Source: Candidatus Iainarchaeum sp.
Lineage (GTDB): Archaea; Iainarchaeota; Iainarchaeia; Iainarchaeales; JAXPJC01
NCBI GenBank assembly: GCA_016187745.1
Contig: JACPJC010000006.1
Span: 1 to 64,000 of the forward strand
Reading direction: 5' to 3'
Length of the DNA stretch: 64,000 bases
The stretch's first letter is position 1; every line of letters starts with the position of its first letter. The translations under genes were made by a program, and so were the position numbers. Shown here piece by piece: positions 1-9,519 of this stretch. The notes beneath the pieces are model-generated. The model was given only the letters and a program-made list of their open reading frames with translations. It was not told the origin of the DNA and ran no database searches.

Positions 1-49
1 CCCCACACGCAGTTGGTATTATTATACTGAGAAGTATTTAAGTGAGAAA

Positions 50-664
50 ATGAAGCAGAAGTCCCTTACAAGGAAAATAAAGGAAAGCGTTGCGGGCCTT
101 ATAGATTCCGGCGCGCATGTGAATGCCGCGGAGAGCACTAAATTCCTCGCGAAAAAGCTCGGCCTTCCGGAAAGGCTTGTGAATTACACCCACACGGAGA
201 TAAGGAACAAGCTCAATGAATCAAGGTATATTTCTGTTCCCTTCAGTGAAAGGGTCCTTTTTGTGCCGCAGTGCCTGCGCAATTCACAGAAATGCAAGGC
301 AGTTCTGGGTGAGGAAGGCTGGATATGCAAGGAATGCGGCTCATGCAAAATTTATGCGCTTGCAAAAATTGCGGAAAAATATGGTTATTCACGGCATTTC
401 ATTGTTCCGGGTGGCAGCATGGTCAAGAAGATCATTGAAAAATACAGGCCTTCTGCGGTATTGGGGGTTGCGTGCTTCAATGAGGTGAATATGGCGATGG
501 ACAATCTGCAGGGGAGCTCTGTTGCGCACCAGGCGGTTCTGCTGCTCAGGGACGGCTGCAGGGACACTGATGTAAATGTTGATGAGGTTGAGGAAAAGCT
601 CAAATTAATTGAGAGGAACAACAATGGAAATAATCAAAAGAATGGCAAGGCTGTGCAGAAATAA
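50..664 (+). CDS. DUF116 family protein
   Basis: Motifs FVPQCLR, C-x2-CG-x-C, IVPGGS, GVAC, DGC-x-DT typical of DUF116. Confidence 0.85.
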   Translation: MKQKSLTRKIKESVAGLIDSGAHVNAAESTKFLAKKLGLPERLVNYTHTEIRNKLNESRYISVPFSERVLFVPQCLRNSQKCKAVLGEEGWICKECGSCKIYALAKIAEKYGYSRHFIVPGGSMVKKIIEKYRPSAVLGVACFNEVNMAMDNLQGSSVAHQAVLLLRDGCRDTDVNVDEVEEKLKLIERNNNGNNQKNGKAVQK

Positions 665-1385
665 TCCTGTTCCAATAATCCTGGTTTCTGCAATAATTGT
701 ACTGCTGGCGCTGAATTTCATCTTCATTGGGGGAAAAGGCAGCGGGGCCGGGGACAGGAACATTTCATATTTCAGGGAGATGATTGAGGGAACTCATTCA
801 CAGATTGGGGAAATCCTTTCTGACGCTTCGGCAATGAAGCCAAAGGAACTCAGCGCTGACATGAATGCCGAGGAGCAGAGCAGAATTATTTTATTGAATG
901 AGCTGCAGGAATCATTGAAGAACGATGTCAGCTGGCTTTCAGAGAAGGAAAATTCCATCTATCTGCAATCGCAAGGAGTAAAGGAGAAGGGCGAAATGAT
1001 TGCGCTTGCGAATTCCGAAACTGCGCTTCTCATAGCTGCGATGCAGGTAATAATGCTGAACAGCGGGGCGATAAAAACTGCTGTGGAATTTTATGGCGAT
1101 TCGGAATCCGTAATTGAGGAGGCGCATGCCGCGAGCGATGAAATAGAAGTCGGAAATTTCTCCGTGGGGGAGGAATTTGCCGCATTGCTTCAGGACACTG
1201 CGCTTGACCGCGCGGAAATAGAAGCAGGCGTTGCAGAACTGATGGGAGAATACCTCGGGCTTAGAAAGGCGATGCTTGAAAATCCGGGGGAAACCGGCGG
1301 CGCTGATGCCGGGGAAATTGAGTTTGTTGAGGCGCTGAAGCTGCTCAGCTTGCAGTATTTCATGGAAGCGGGCCCGGGGGAATAA
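624..1385 (+). CDS. Hypothetical membrane-anchored helical protein
   Basis: Long ORF with N-terminal TM helix (IILVSAIIVLLALNFIFI); start ATG 624 or 642 uncertain. Confidence 0.65.
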   Translation: MEIIKRMARLCRNNPVPIILVSAIIVLLALNFIFIGGKGSGAGDRNISYFREMIEGTHSQIGEILSDASAMKPKELSADMNAEEQSRIILLNELQESLKNDVSWLSEKENSIYLQSQGVKEKGEMIALANSETALLIAAMQVIMLNSGAIKTAVEFYGDSESVIEEAHAASDEIEVGNFSVGEEFAALLQDTALDRAEIEAGVAELMGEYLGLRKAMLENPGETGGADAGEIEFVEALKLLSLQYFMEAGPGE

Positions 1386-1419
1386 TTTTAAAACTCTTTC
1401 AAGTTCAAATTAATCTGGC

Positions 1420-1491
1420 GCCTCGGTAGCTCAGTGGTAGAGCAACTGCCTTGTAAGCAGTAGGCCGGGAGTTCAAGTCTCCCCCGGGGCT
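1420..1491 (+). tRNA. tRNA-Thr(TGT)
   Basis: Acceptor GCCTCGG/CCGGGGC; anticodon arm ACTGC-CTTGTAA-GCAGT; T arm GGGAG-TTCAAGT-CTCCC. Confidence 0.95.
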
Positions 1492-1518
1492 TTATTGTAG
1501 AATGCGGAGAAAGCACAG

Positions 1519-2100
1519 ATGGCTGCAAACAAGAGCAGGATTGTTTTAGGCGGAAAAGTATTTGGCCTCCTCAGAGTGAGGGGCGATAGCCACGAAGTTT
1601 ATCCGTTGCTTCATACTAAAGACGAAAGATGGGCAAGGCCAAGCGCTGAAGAACCGCAAACAATGCTAGAGTGGTTCAGGTTTGAAAGTGGTGCTAGTGA
1701 CAGGTATGTCAAGGCCTATATCGCGAACAAAGAAACAGATGTTTTCTTCCTGATTGACAAGAAAACCCCAATTGGCTTTTTTTCTATTGCAAAACGGCAG
1801 GGTGAGGCGTCTTTAGGGTCAATGTATATTAAGAGGGAATTTCGCAGAGGCTATGGTAATTTGTTGGTTGCAAGAGCACTCAGAATCGTGAGAAATTCAG
1901 GTTTCAAAGGACTTATAATTCCTCAGATGACTGACAAAATGGGGATTGCTGCAACGAAGGCTGTCGAAGATGCAAAAACAGTAAAAACTCACGAACTCCA
2001 GTATGAGGAAGCCTATGCCGGGCCAGACATGCTAATTAAACTCCACGAGCGACCAAACAGGCGCGAGCGTCGCAGAATACAACTGAAAATCCACCTATAA
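1519..2100 (+). CDS. GNAT-like acetyltransferase, divergent
   Basis: IGFFSI...LGSMYIKREFRRGYG resembles GNAT motif A; Arg-rich C-terminus. Confidence 0.55.
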   Translation: MAANKSRIVLGGKVFGLLRVRGDSHEVYPLLHTKDERWARPSAEEPQTMLEWFRFESGASDRYVKAYIANKETDVFFLIDKKTPIGFFSIAKRQGEASLGSMYIKREFRRGYGNLLVARALRIVRNSGFKGLIIPQMTDKMGIAATKAVEDAKTVKTHELQYEEAYAGPDMLIKLHERPNRRERRRIQLKIHL

Positions 2101-2118
2101 TGCATTCACGCATTCAAT

Positions 2119-2598
2119 TCAGTGCAAATTGTTTTTTGAAGGCAGGTCTATTTTTGAGACGCTGTCCATAAATGTGTGGAGGCGCCTTATTTCCCTTTCA
2201 AGAATGCCGATAGTGCGCAGGAGCTTTTTGTTCTTGGTTTTCTGCTTTTCCTGCTGCAGGTCTGAAAGGCTTGTGTTGATGCTCGTATCGAGCTTTGCAA
2301 TTACCGCCTTCTTCAGGCAGTCAAGGAGGTCAGCATTCAGGAGCACATAAACTTTCCTGTCGGAGCCCTTCTTTAATTTTTTTATCACTCCCAGGACTTC
2401 AAGCAGATCAATGCTCAGGGAAATTGTAGAAAGGGAATAATTTGTCTTGTGCGCTAATTCCTGCAAAGAAATCGGCTCCTGCGCAATGAGAAGCGCTGCA
2501 AGGATTTTTCCGTGCAGGTCGCTGTATCCCAGAGAGCCTGCAACGCCCGCAAAGGTATCTATGACCTTCTTTTCAATCGCTTCCTCTTCCTTTCCCAT
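2119..2598 (-). CDS. GbsR/MarR-family winged-HTH regulator
   Basis: GKILAALL...PISLQELA...YSLSTIS..L..L...G...K...DRKVY pattern. Confidence 0.8.
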   Translation of the reverse strand: MGKEEEAIEKKVIDTFAGVAGSLGYSDLHGKILAALLIAQEPISLQELAHKTNYSLSTISLSIDLLEVLGVIKKLKKGSDRKVYVLLNADLLDCLKKAVIAKLDTSINTSLSDLQQEKQKTKNKKLLRTIGILEREIRRLHTFMDSVSKIDLPSKNNLH

Positions 2599-2639
2599 GT
2601 TTTCAATATGTTTATATAAGTGAATGTTAATATATATAT

Positions 2640-2660
2640 GTTTCGGAACTTTCGGAAAGT
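2640..2660. promoter_or_regulatory. Putative operator between the divergent regulator and tes
   Basis: TTTCGGAA repeated; ACTTTC-G-GAAAGT palindrome at 2648-2660 next to TATA-like sequences. Confidence 0.5.
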
Positions 2661-2683
2661 ACTAAAAGTTGTTATTCGGGGGA

Positions 2684-4339
2684 ATGGGTTTGGCGGAAAA
2701 AATAAGCAGGGTGGGCAGGGGCTATGCGTCAGCTTTGCCTGTGAAGACGCGCTCACTGTGCCCTGAATGCAAGGCGCCGCTGCCCGCGGAAATATATGAA
2801 AAATCAGGCAGGGTGCGCATCAGGAAAACCTGCGGAATCCACGGGAAATTTGACGAGATGTACTGGGAAAGCGCGAAGTTCTATGATTTTGCAAGGAAGT
2901 TCTCCGCAAGAAGCAGGGGGATTGAAAATCCGAATGTGGGAGAAATCATAAATAATGACGGAACCAACTGCCCCTTTGACTGCGGGATTTGCTCAAACCA
3001 CCACACGCACACAGGGCTTTCAAACATTGTTGTTACGAACCGCTGCGACATGAGCTGCTGGTACTGCTTCTTTTATGCGAAGGAAGGCTCTCCAATTTAT
3101 GAGCCGTCGCTTGGGCAGATAAGGATGATGCTCCGCAACCTGAAAAATGAAAAGCCCGTTTCAACAAATGCTGTCCAAATTACAGGGGGAGAGCCATGCG
3201 TGAGGGATGACATTGTTGATATTGTGAAGATAGCGAAAGAGGAGGGCTATGCGCACGTGCAGTTCAACACGACAGGGATTGCATTCGCAAATGACGCGGA
3301 GCTTGCAAAAAAAGTTAAGGATGCAGGCGCAACAACGGTTTACATGAGCTTTGACGGAACTTCCAAAAAAACAAACCCGAAAAACCACTGGGAGGCGCCG
3401 TTTGCAATAGAGAACTGCAGGAAGGCAAAGCTTGGGATTGTGCTGGTTCCTACGCTTATTAATTCGGTAAATGATAATGACGCCGGAAACATAATAAATT
3501 TCGCCCTTAACAACCTTGATGTGATACGCGCCGTAAACTTCCAGCCTGTTTCATTCGTGGGAAGGATGCCAAAGGCATTGAGGGAAAAACAGCGCATAAC
3601 AATTCCCGGGGCAATAAAAAAAATAGAGGAGCAGACCAGGGGCGTGATTGCCGAGAGCGACTGGTATCCTGTTCCCTGCGTTGCCCCTTTTTCGCAGTTT
3701 GTTGAAGCCCTTACCGGGAGGCGCCAATATGAGCTGAGCATACACTTCGCATGCGGCGCAGCCACTTACCTGTTCATGGACGGGAACAGGCCGGTTCCCA
3801 TTACGCGCTTCATTGATGTTGAGGGCTTCACTGAATTCCTTTCAGAAAAGGCGCAGGAGCTTGAAAAGGGAAAGAGCAGGATAGCAACCGGCGCAGAAAT
3901 GCTCCTTAAGCTCGGGAAATTCATAGACAGGAAAAAGCAGCCCAAAAGACTCAACATAGGGAAGCTGCTTTTCAATGCGCTTGTGAGGCACGATTACAAG
4001 GCGCTGGGGGAAATACACCACAAAACCCTTTTCCTCGGGATGATGCATTTTATGGACCCCTACAATTATGACCAGGCAAGGGTTGAGCGCTGCGATGTCC
4101 ATTATGCAATGCCTGATGGGAGAATAATTCCCTTCTGCGCATTCAATGTCCTGCCGGAAATTTACAGGGACAAGGTTCAGAGGCAGTACTCAGTTTCATG
4201 GAAGGAATGGCAGAGACTGCATCCGGATGAAAATATAAATTATAAGTACAGGCGCGATGTGAAAAGGCTTGAGGCAAGCGAAATTTACAGAAACGCCTAC
4301 TTCGGCCAGCAGAACTTTTTCCCGGAGGGGAAAAAATGA
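2684..4339 (+). CDS. tes: Tetraether lipid synthase Tes (GDGT-MAS, MJ0619-family radical SAM)
   Basis: N-terminal CPEC...CGIHG metal site; CPFDCGIC..H; radical SAM C-x3-C-x2-C (CDMSCWYC); NFQPVSF; HFACG; MHFMD.YN.D..R..RC..HYA.PDGRIIPFC. Confidence 0.85.
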   Translation: MGLAEKISRVGRGYASALPVKTRSLCPECKAPLPAEIYEKSGRVRIRKTCGIHGKFDEMYWESAKFYDFARKFSARSRGIENPNVGEIINNDGTNCPFDCGICSNHHTHTGLSNIVVTNRCDMSCWYCFFYAKEGSPIYEPSLGQIRMMLRNLKNEKPVSTNAVQITGGEPCVRDDIVDIVKIAKEEGYAHVQFNTTGIAFANDAELAKKVKDAGATTVYMSFDGTSKKTNPKNHWEAPFAIENCRKAKLGIVLVPTLINSVNDNDAGNIINFALNNLDVIRAVNFQPVSFVGRMPKALREKQRITIPGAIKKIEEQTRGVIAESDWYPVPCVAPFSQFVEALTGRRQYELSIHFACGAATYLFMDGNRPVPITRFIDVEGFTEFLSEKAQELEKGKSRIATGAEMLLKLGKFIDRKKQPKRLNIGKLLFNALVRHDYKALGEIHHKTLFLGMMHFMDPYNYDQARVERCDVHYAMPDGRIIPFCAFNVLPEIYRDKVQRQYSVSWKEWQRLHPDENINYKYRRDVKRLEASEIYRNAYFGQQNFFPEGKK

Positions 4340-4641
4340 AAAGCGCGCTTCCCTTCAGAAAGCTCATCAGGCTTGAATTTTCAGTAAGCGGGCTGAAAAG
4401 CAGTGAGGATGCCGCGGCGCTGCAGTACGGGCTGCTGCTCAATGATGCAATAATAAGGTGCCATGTTGATTTCAGCGGGGGAAAATGCGAACTATTATAT
4501 AACCCATCAGACACAAATTCTAGGAAGATAATCGCTTCGGTAAAAAGGCCCCTTAGGGCAAAGGCGCCTGATGAGGCCGAAATCAACTATGCTGAAATTG
4601 TGAAATCCGGCTTTCACAGCCAGGGGGCAAAAAATGGGTGA
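4336..4641 (+). CDS. Small HMA/ferredoxin-fold-like protein lacking CxxC
   Basis: F.VSGL....AAALQY.L......C.VDF......L.YNP pattern resembles HMA; overlaps tes stop (ATGA). Confidence 0.5.
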   Translation: MKSALPFRKLIRLEFSVSGLKSSEDAAALQYGLLLNDAIIRCHVDFSGGKCELLYNPSDTNSRKIIASVKRPLRAKAPDEAEINYAEIVKSGFHSQGAKNG

Positions 4642-5095
4642 AGATGAAAAATACATCCAGTTCATTGCAAATTACGATGACTGGGTAGCGATAAGGAAAA
4701 TGAAAATCACAGAAACTACCGACTCAAAAACAGTCCTTGAGTTTCTCGCATCGCTCGGAAGCGGCTTTGATAGGAAGATTGCGCAGAACCTTGGGAAGAT
4801 AATTGACATCGTGCAGCTGGACAATGCGCTAAATGAGGTTCTTGTTGATTCCGCGGGAAAATCCGCTGAAGAGCTTGGAAAAATAATCGCGCTTGTAAAG
4901 GGCCCCAAGATAAACAAGGTCATTTCTGAACTTGTCGGGAAGGTTCCAAACCTTGAGAGCGCGGTGCAGAAGGAGATTGAGCAGTTCGCAAAGGCATATG
5001 CGGTGAGGAAGGCGCTGAAGGAATGCGGCCTGCAGGTTGATTACTCCGAGATTGACATTCCCGGAATGAAAAAAATAAAGAGGGCAAAGGCTTAA
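4634..5095 (+). CDS. DUF2666-like protein
   Basis: IQF.A.Y.DW.A..K.KI.E.T....V..FLAS N-terminus. Confidence 0.6.
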   Translation: MGEDEKYIQFIANYDDWVAIRKMKITETTDSKTVLEFLASLGSGFDRKIAQNLGKIIDIVQLDNALNEVLVDSAGKSAEELGKIIALVKGPKINKVISELVGKVPNLESAVQKEIEQFAKAYAVRKALKECGLQVDYSEIDIPGMKKIKRAKA

Positions 5096-5106
5096 TCTGA
5101 ATCCAT

Positions 5107-5958
5107 ATGGCGCTTATTGAATTCAATTACGGGGTTTTGAAGCTTGCGCAGTCATTCAGCTCCGCCCCGCTTGATGCCCTGATGCACATAATAACCTTTT
5201 TTGGCAATCCGATTTTCTGGGTTTTGGTTGCAGCATTTTTGTACTGGCGCGGAAGGGAGAACGAGTCCTTTTATTTCATGAACCTTCTTGCATTTTCCGC
5301 TGCTGTTGTGGGAATTTTGAAGCCGCTGTTCGGGATTCCAAGGCCGGATAATCACATTTTCAGGGTCATTTCAAGCGACTGGGGTTTTTCATTTCCCTCA
5401 GGGCACGCAACTTTGATTGCAGGCGTTTGCACATATGCCGCAAGGTTCGCAAGAAGCAGAATAACAATCGCGCTGCTTGCAATTCTCGCTCTGCTGGTTG
5501 CATATTCGCGCCTTTATCTGGGGGTGCATTTCCTGACTGATGTTATTGCAGGCCTGATAATTGGTGTTGTAATTGGGGAGTCAAACTTCTTCATGCGCAG
5601 GAAGCTTGAGCATTCCTCTTACCGGCTTACAAAGCTCGGGGATGAGCTTGCATTTGTTGCAGTTCTTTTCCTCGGCCTGATTATTGCATTGCTCTTTGCA
5701 GTTCCCGCGCTGAGCGGCGCTCTCATAGGATTTTACGCAGGGTTTTTCCTTCTAAAGGAGAAGCAATTTGGGGGGCAGCTGCGCAGAACGAACAACTCCG
5801 CGCTCAAGTTCGTTGTGGGGTATGCGGTTGTTGCGCTTCTTTCCCTTCCATATTTCATGAATTTTGAGCTTTTCTGGGCCGCGGAATTCGCACTCTTCTT
5901 TGTTGCGGGCTTCTGGGTGAGCTTTTTGCTCCCCTATCTCTGGGACAGAATTTACTGA
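5107..5958 (+). CDS. PAP2-family membrane phosphatase
   Basis: K-x6-RP, SFPSGH, SRLYLGVHF..DV motifs; multiple TM helices. Confidence 0.9.
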   Translation: MALIEFNYGVLKLAQSFSSAPLDALMHIITFFGNPIFWVLVAAFLYWRGRENESFYFMNLLAFSAAVVGILKPLFGIPRPDNHIFRVISSDWGFSFPSGHATLIAGVCTYAARFARSRITIALLAILALLVAYSRLYLGVHFLTDVIAGLIIGVVIGESNFFMRRKLEHSSYRLTKLGDELAFVAVLFLGLIIALLFAVPALSGALIGFYAGFFLLKEKQFGGQLRRTNNSALKFVVGYAVVALLSLPYFMNFELFWAAEFALFFVAGFWVSFLLPYLWDRIY

Positions 5959-6001
5959 TGGGGTAATGTTTTATAATAAAAATCCCACATTAATATTACT
6001 A

Positions 6002-6125
6002 CCTGCCTTAGCGTAGTAGTTAACGCGTCTGGCTGTAGATGTTTTTGTTCTGCGCACAGCAGAAGAAAACCCGCCCTTTGGGCGCGGTAACCAGAAGATC
6101 CCCGGTGCAAATCCGGGAGGCGGGA
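6002..6125 (+). tRNA. tRNA-Tyr(GTA) with 51-nt intron at 37/38 (6039-6089)
   Basis: Acceptor CCTGCCT/AGGCGGG; anticodon stem TCTGG/CCAGA; CTGT pairs with intron GCGG, followed by a TAA bulge. Confidence 0.9.
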
Positions 6126-6159
6126 TTAATTTAAATAATCAAATTAGTAAGCATATATT

Positions 6160-6813
6160 ATGCTTAAGGTTAAACACAGCAAGGGCCCATTTAGAGGACC
6201 AGCACCGAAGGGGCTCTACCAAACAATTGATTTGGCTGCAGGGCCGGAAGCTTGGCATGCCAAGATGCAGGCCAAAAAGCTTCCTTCAAGAGAATATTTG
6301 GCTGTTGATTTCAAATTTGACTTCCGCAAAAAACCAAAAAATTTACATTTAATGCGGAAAGATGCATTGACTGCACTTAAAATATTAGTTGCAAAAAAGA
6401 AAAAAACCAGGCACATCCAGATTTCAATGCCTGTTGGCCGTCTTCTCAACACGAAATATCTTGAAGCTGTTGCGAAGATAGCCAAAAAAGTCTTAATTCC
6501 GAATGGAAAAATACATATTATAACTCCAGTAAGCCCGAAAGATTTTGAGGATGTGATTGAACGATTCAAAAAAGAAGGTTTTAGTTACAGACTGGTTGAA
6601 AGATATAAGAAATTCCCCTTGCCTTTACAATATGAATTAATAACTGATGAAGACTATCGCAGACATATAGAAAGAATTGATTCTTTTTATAAGCAAAGCC
6701 CTAAAGCCGCCGCATATTTGGAAAATTACAATGCTTTCTCACGGGAATATGAATTTACTTATAGGTTAAAAACTGCAATTCCAAGAAAAAGAGAGAGGCG
6801 TAAATGGCCATAG
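6160..6813 (+). CDS. Class I SAM-dependent methyltransferase-like orphan
   Basis: TIDLAAGP and YLAVD motif I/II-like; AT-rich; basic termini. Confidence 0.5.
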   Translation: MLKVKHSKGPFRGPAPKGLYQTIDLAAGPEAWHAKMQAKKLPSREYLAVDFKFDFRKKPKNLHLMRKDALTALKILVAKKKKTRHIQISMPVGRLLNTKYLEAVAKIAKKVLIPNGKIHIITPVSPKDFEDVIERFKKEGFSYRLVERYKKFPLPLQYELITDEDYRRHIERIDSFYKQSPKAAAYLENYNAFSREYEFTYRLKTAIPRKRERRKWP

Positions 6814-6841
6814 GCCTTTTGGTGTGATTCGACCATTACCG

Positions 6842-7369
6842 CTATCTTATGTTTCTATACAGTTCAACAAAATACTTTTTAGTTCCTTCCTCAACTGCCG
6901 TTGAAATGCTCTTTATATAGAAAGTGGTTTTCAGGATGCTTTTTCCCTGCGCATCATAAAAGATTATATCCTCCCTTTCCCCGAATAAATTTGACGCAAT
7001 TTTGCCGCTGTTGGAATCATACAATTCAAAGAGGGCCTTTTCAATTCCTTCGGACAATGCGCCGCCCGCAAGGACCAATGTGTAGGAATTCCCGTTCCAA
7101 TCCTGCAGCCCGGAAGAGACTGTGGTTTGCTCTGCTTCTTGTTCTGCATTTAAGTCGTCAGCCTTGAAGGTGTTTGTATCCTGTGATCCAACTGCCGCAT
7201 TGTTCCCGTCAACTTGTTTGTTCTCATCGATTATATTGTTGTTTGAATCCGCAGGTGGCGAACCGCCATTTTCCAGGCCATCCGTTCCTAAATTCCGGTC
7301 TGCGCCAATTTTAACGCAGCCCGCAAGAAGCGCAAGCAGAACAATTGCAATAAATAAAATTCTTTTCAT
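6842..7369 (-). CDS. Putative lipoprotein
   Basis: MKRILFIAIVLLALLAGC signal peptide with lipobox. Confidence 0.75.
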   Translation of the reverse strand: MKRILFIAIVLLALLAGCVKIGADRNLGTDGLENGGSPPADSNNNIIDENKQVDGNNAAVGSQDTNTFKADDLNAEQEAEQTTVSSGLQDWNGNSYTLVLAGGALSEGIEKALFELYDSNSGKIASNLFGEREDIIFYDAQGKSILKTTFYIKSISTAVEEGTKKYFVELYRNIR

Positions 7370-7431
7370 AGGCCGGCACCTGCAATACATTGGTGCATAA
7401 TAATTAAACAACTTTCTAATGCAGTTATTTC

Positions 7432-9519
7432 ATGTGCGGCATAACCGGCTTTTTCAATTATGGGGGCGCGGAAAAACTTGCGGAGCGCGCGCTTGAGCTG
7501 ATGCATAATCGCGGAATAGACGCAAAAGGCATTTATGCCCCTGATTCCGAGAATGCGCTCGGGCACTGCCTGCATGCGGTTGTGGGATTTGTGAAGCAGC
7601 CGCTTGTTGGAAAGGGCGCGCTTGCTGCGAACTGCGAAATTTACAACTGGAAGGAATTGAATGTAAAATATAAATTTGGCGCGAAGAATGATGCGGAGCT
7701 TCTCCTTAAGCTGCTTGACAAAAAAGGCGCAAATGAAATAAAGCAGGTTCTTTCCGAACTGCACGGGACTTATGCCTTTGCCTATCTGCGCGATGGGAAA
7801 ATTGCGATTGCGCGGGATTTGATCGGGGTTAAGCCCCTGTGGTATGCGCTTGACGCTGATGGAAAATTCTGCTTTGCTTCGGAGAAGAAAGTCATTGAGG
7901 CGCTTGCAGGGCAGAATGCGCTTGAACTTAACCCGAGGGAAGCGCTCGTTTATGACATTAAAAGGCGCAAACTGGATTCTTTGAAAAGGGAATTTTTCAG
8001 ACTGGGAAAGGAAAATAAATTTAATCTGCAGCAGAATGCGGAAAAAATCAGGGAATTGCTCTCCAATGCTATGAAAATGCGCATCCCGGAGCGGAAATTC
8101 GGGCTGCTTTTTTCCGGGGGAATAGATTCCGCGCTGATTGCAGGGGCGCTCAAGGAAGGCAGGCAGAAATTCAGGTGCTATTTCGCATTTATTGGTGGGG
8201 ATTCAAGGCCGAAGGATCTGGAATATGCGCAAGGCGCCGCGAAGGCGCTTGGGATTGAATTGGAGCTCGTCAGGGTTGAAATGGATGAGTTTGAGAAGGA
8301 GCTTCCAAAAATAGTGAATCTCATTGAATCCGCAAACCCCACAAGGGTTGGCGTCGCTTCGGTGAATTACTTCGCGTGCAGGAAGGCGCATGCGGACGGC
8401 TGCAAGGTAATTTTTTCAGGATTGGGCGCTGATGAATTGTTTGCGGGATATGCGCGCTTCAAAGAGTCAAAAAACATAAATGCCGACTGCCTGAGCGCAT
8501 TGATGCAGATGCATGAGAACGACCTTTACAGGGATGATGTTGCCTCAATGGAGAATTCTGTTGAATTGAGACTGCCTTTCTTGGATTCTGAGCTGGCGGG
8601 GTTCGCGCTTAATGTGCCTGAGAAATTCAAAATAAATAAAAGCGGGAACAAGGCTGTGCTGCGCGAAATCGGGAAAGGAATTGGTTTGCCGAAGGAAATA
8701 TATGAGAGGAAAAAGCTTGCTGCGCAGTACGGGAGCAATTTTGACAGGGCAATAGAAAAGCTTGCAAGGAAGCACGGGCACAAAAGAAAATCGGAATTCC
8801 TTGCTAGTATGCTACATAATAAAAACCTGCGCCTGGGCGCGCTGTTCAGCTCCGGGAAAGACAGCAATTATGCGCTCTACGAGATGCAGAGGCAGAATTA
8901 CGGGATTGCCTGCCTGATTACAATAAAATCAAAGAACCCGGATTCTTACATGTTCCACAGCGCAAATATTGGAATTGCAAAACTGCAGGCGCAGGCGCTT
9001 GGAATTCCGATAATTGAAGTTGAAAGTGCGGGGGAGAAGGAAAATGAACTGGGGGATTTGGAAAGGGCGCTGAAAATTGCAAGGGATAAATTCAGAATAA
9101 ACGGGATTGTAACGGGAGCGATTGTGAGCAATTACCAGCGCAAAAGGATTGAGAATGCCGCGGATGAAAACGGATTGAGGGTGTTTTCCCCGCTGTGGCA
9201 AAAAAACCAGGAGCTTGAGCTGAAGGAAATTGTGGATTCAGGATTTCATTTTATCATAACAAAAATCGCGTGCGCAGGAATTGGAAAGGAGTGGCTGGGG
9301 AAGGAAATCGGAATTAAGGAAGCTGAGCAGCTGATTGCGCTGGGCAGGAAATCCGGATTCAATGCTGCTGGGGAAGGCGGGGAATATGAAACGCTTGTGC
9401 TGGACGCGCCGAATTTCAGGAAAAAAATTGTTATTGGGAAATATGAGATAAAAAGCACGGGCGAATTCTCGCACGAGCTGGTTATAAATTTCTCTTCTGC
9501 CACTCTTGCAAAAAAGTAA
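7432..9519 (+). CDS. Asparagine synthetase B-like amidotransferase fused to diphthine--ammonia ligase (Dph6)
   Basis: MCGI Ntn nucleophile, N.EIYN, LFSGGIDS, SG.GADELFAGY, ELRLPFLD; C-terminal LFSSGKDS, SYMFH, GEGGEYET. Confidence 0.9.
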   Translation: MCGITGFFNYGGAEKLAERALELMHNRGIDAKGIYAPDSENALGHCLHAVVGFVKQPLVGKGALAANCEIYNWKELNVKYKFGAKNDAELLLKLLDKKGANEIKQVLSELHGTYAFAYLRDGKIAIARDLIGVKPLWYALDADGKFCFASEKKVIEALAGQNALELNPREALVYDIKRRKLDSLKREFFRLGKENKFNLQQNAEKIRELLSNAMKMRIPERKFGLLFSGGIDSALIAGALKEGRQKFRCYFAFIGGDSRPKDLEYAQGAAKALGIELELVRVEMDEFEKELPKIVNLIESANPTRVGVASVNYFACRKAHADGCKVIFSGLGADELFAGYARFKESKNINADCLSALMQMHENDLYRDDVASMENSVELRLPFLDSELAGFALNVPEKFKINKSGNKAVLREIGKGIGLPKEIYERKKLAAQYGSNFDRAIEKLARKHGHKRKSEFLASMLHNKNLRLGALFSSGKDSNYALYEMQRQNYGIACLITIKSKNPDSYMFHSANIGIAKLQAQALGIPIIEVESAGEKENELGDLERALKIARDKFRINGIVTGAIVSNYQRKRIENAADENGLRVFSPLWQKNQELELKEIVDSGFHFIITKIACAGIGKEWLGKEIGIKEAEQLIALGRKSGFNAAGEGGEYETLVLDAPNFRKKIVIGKYEIKSTGEFSHELVINFSSATLAKK

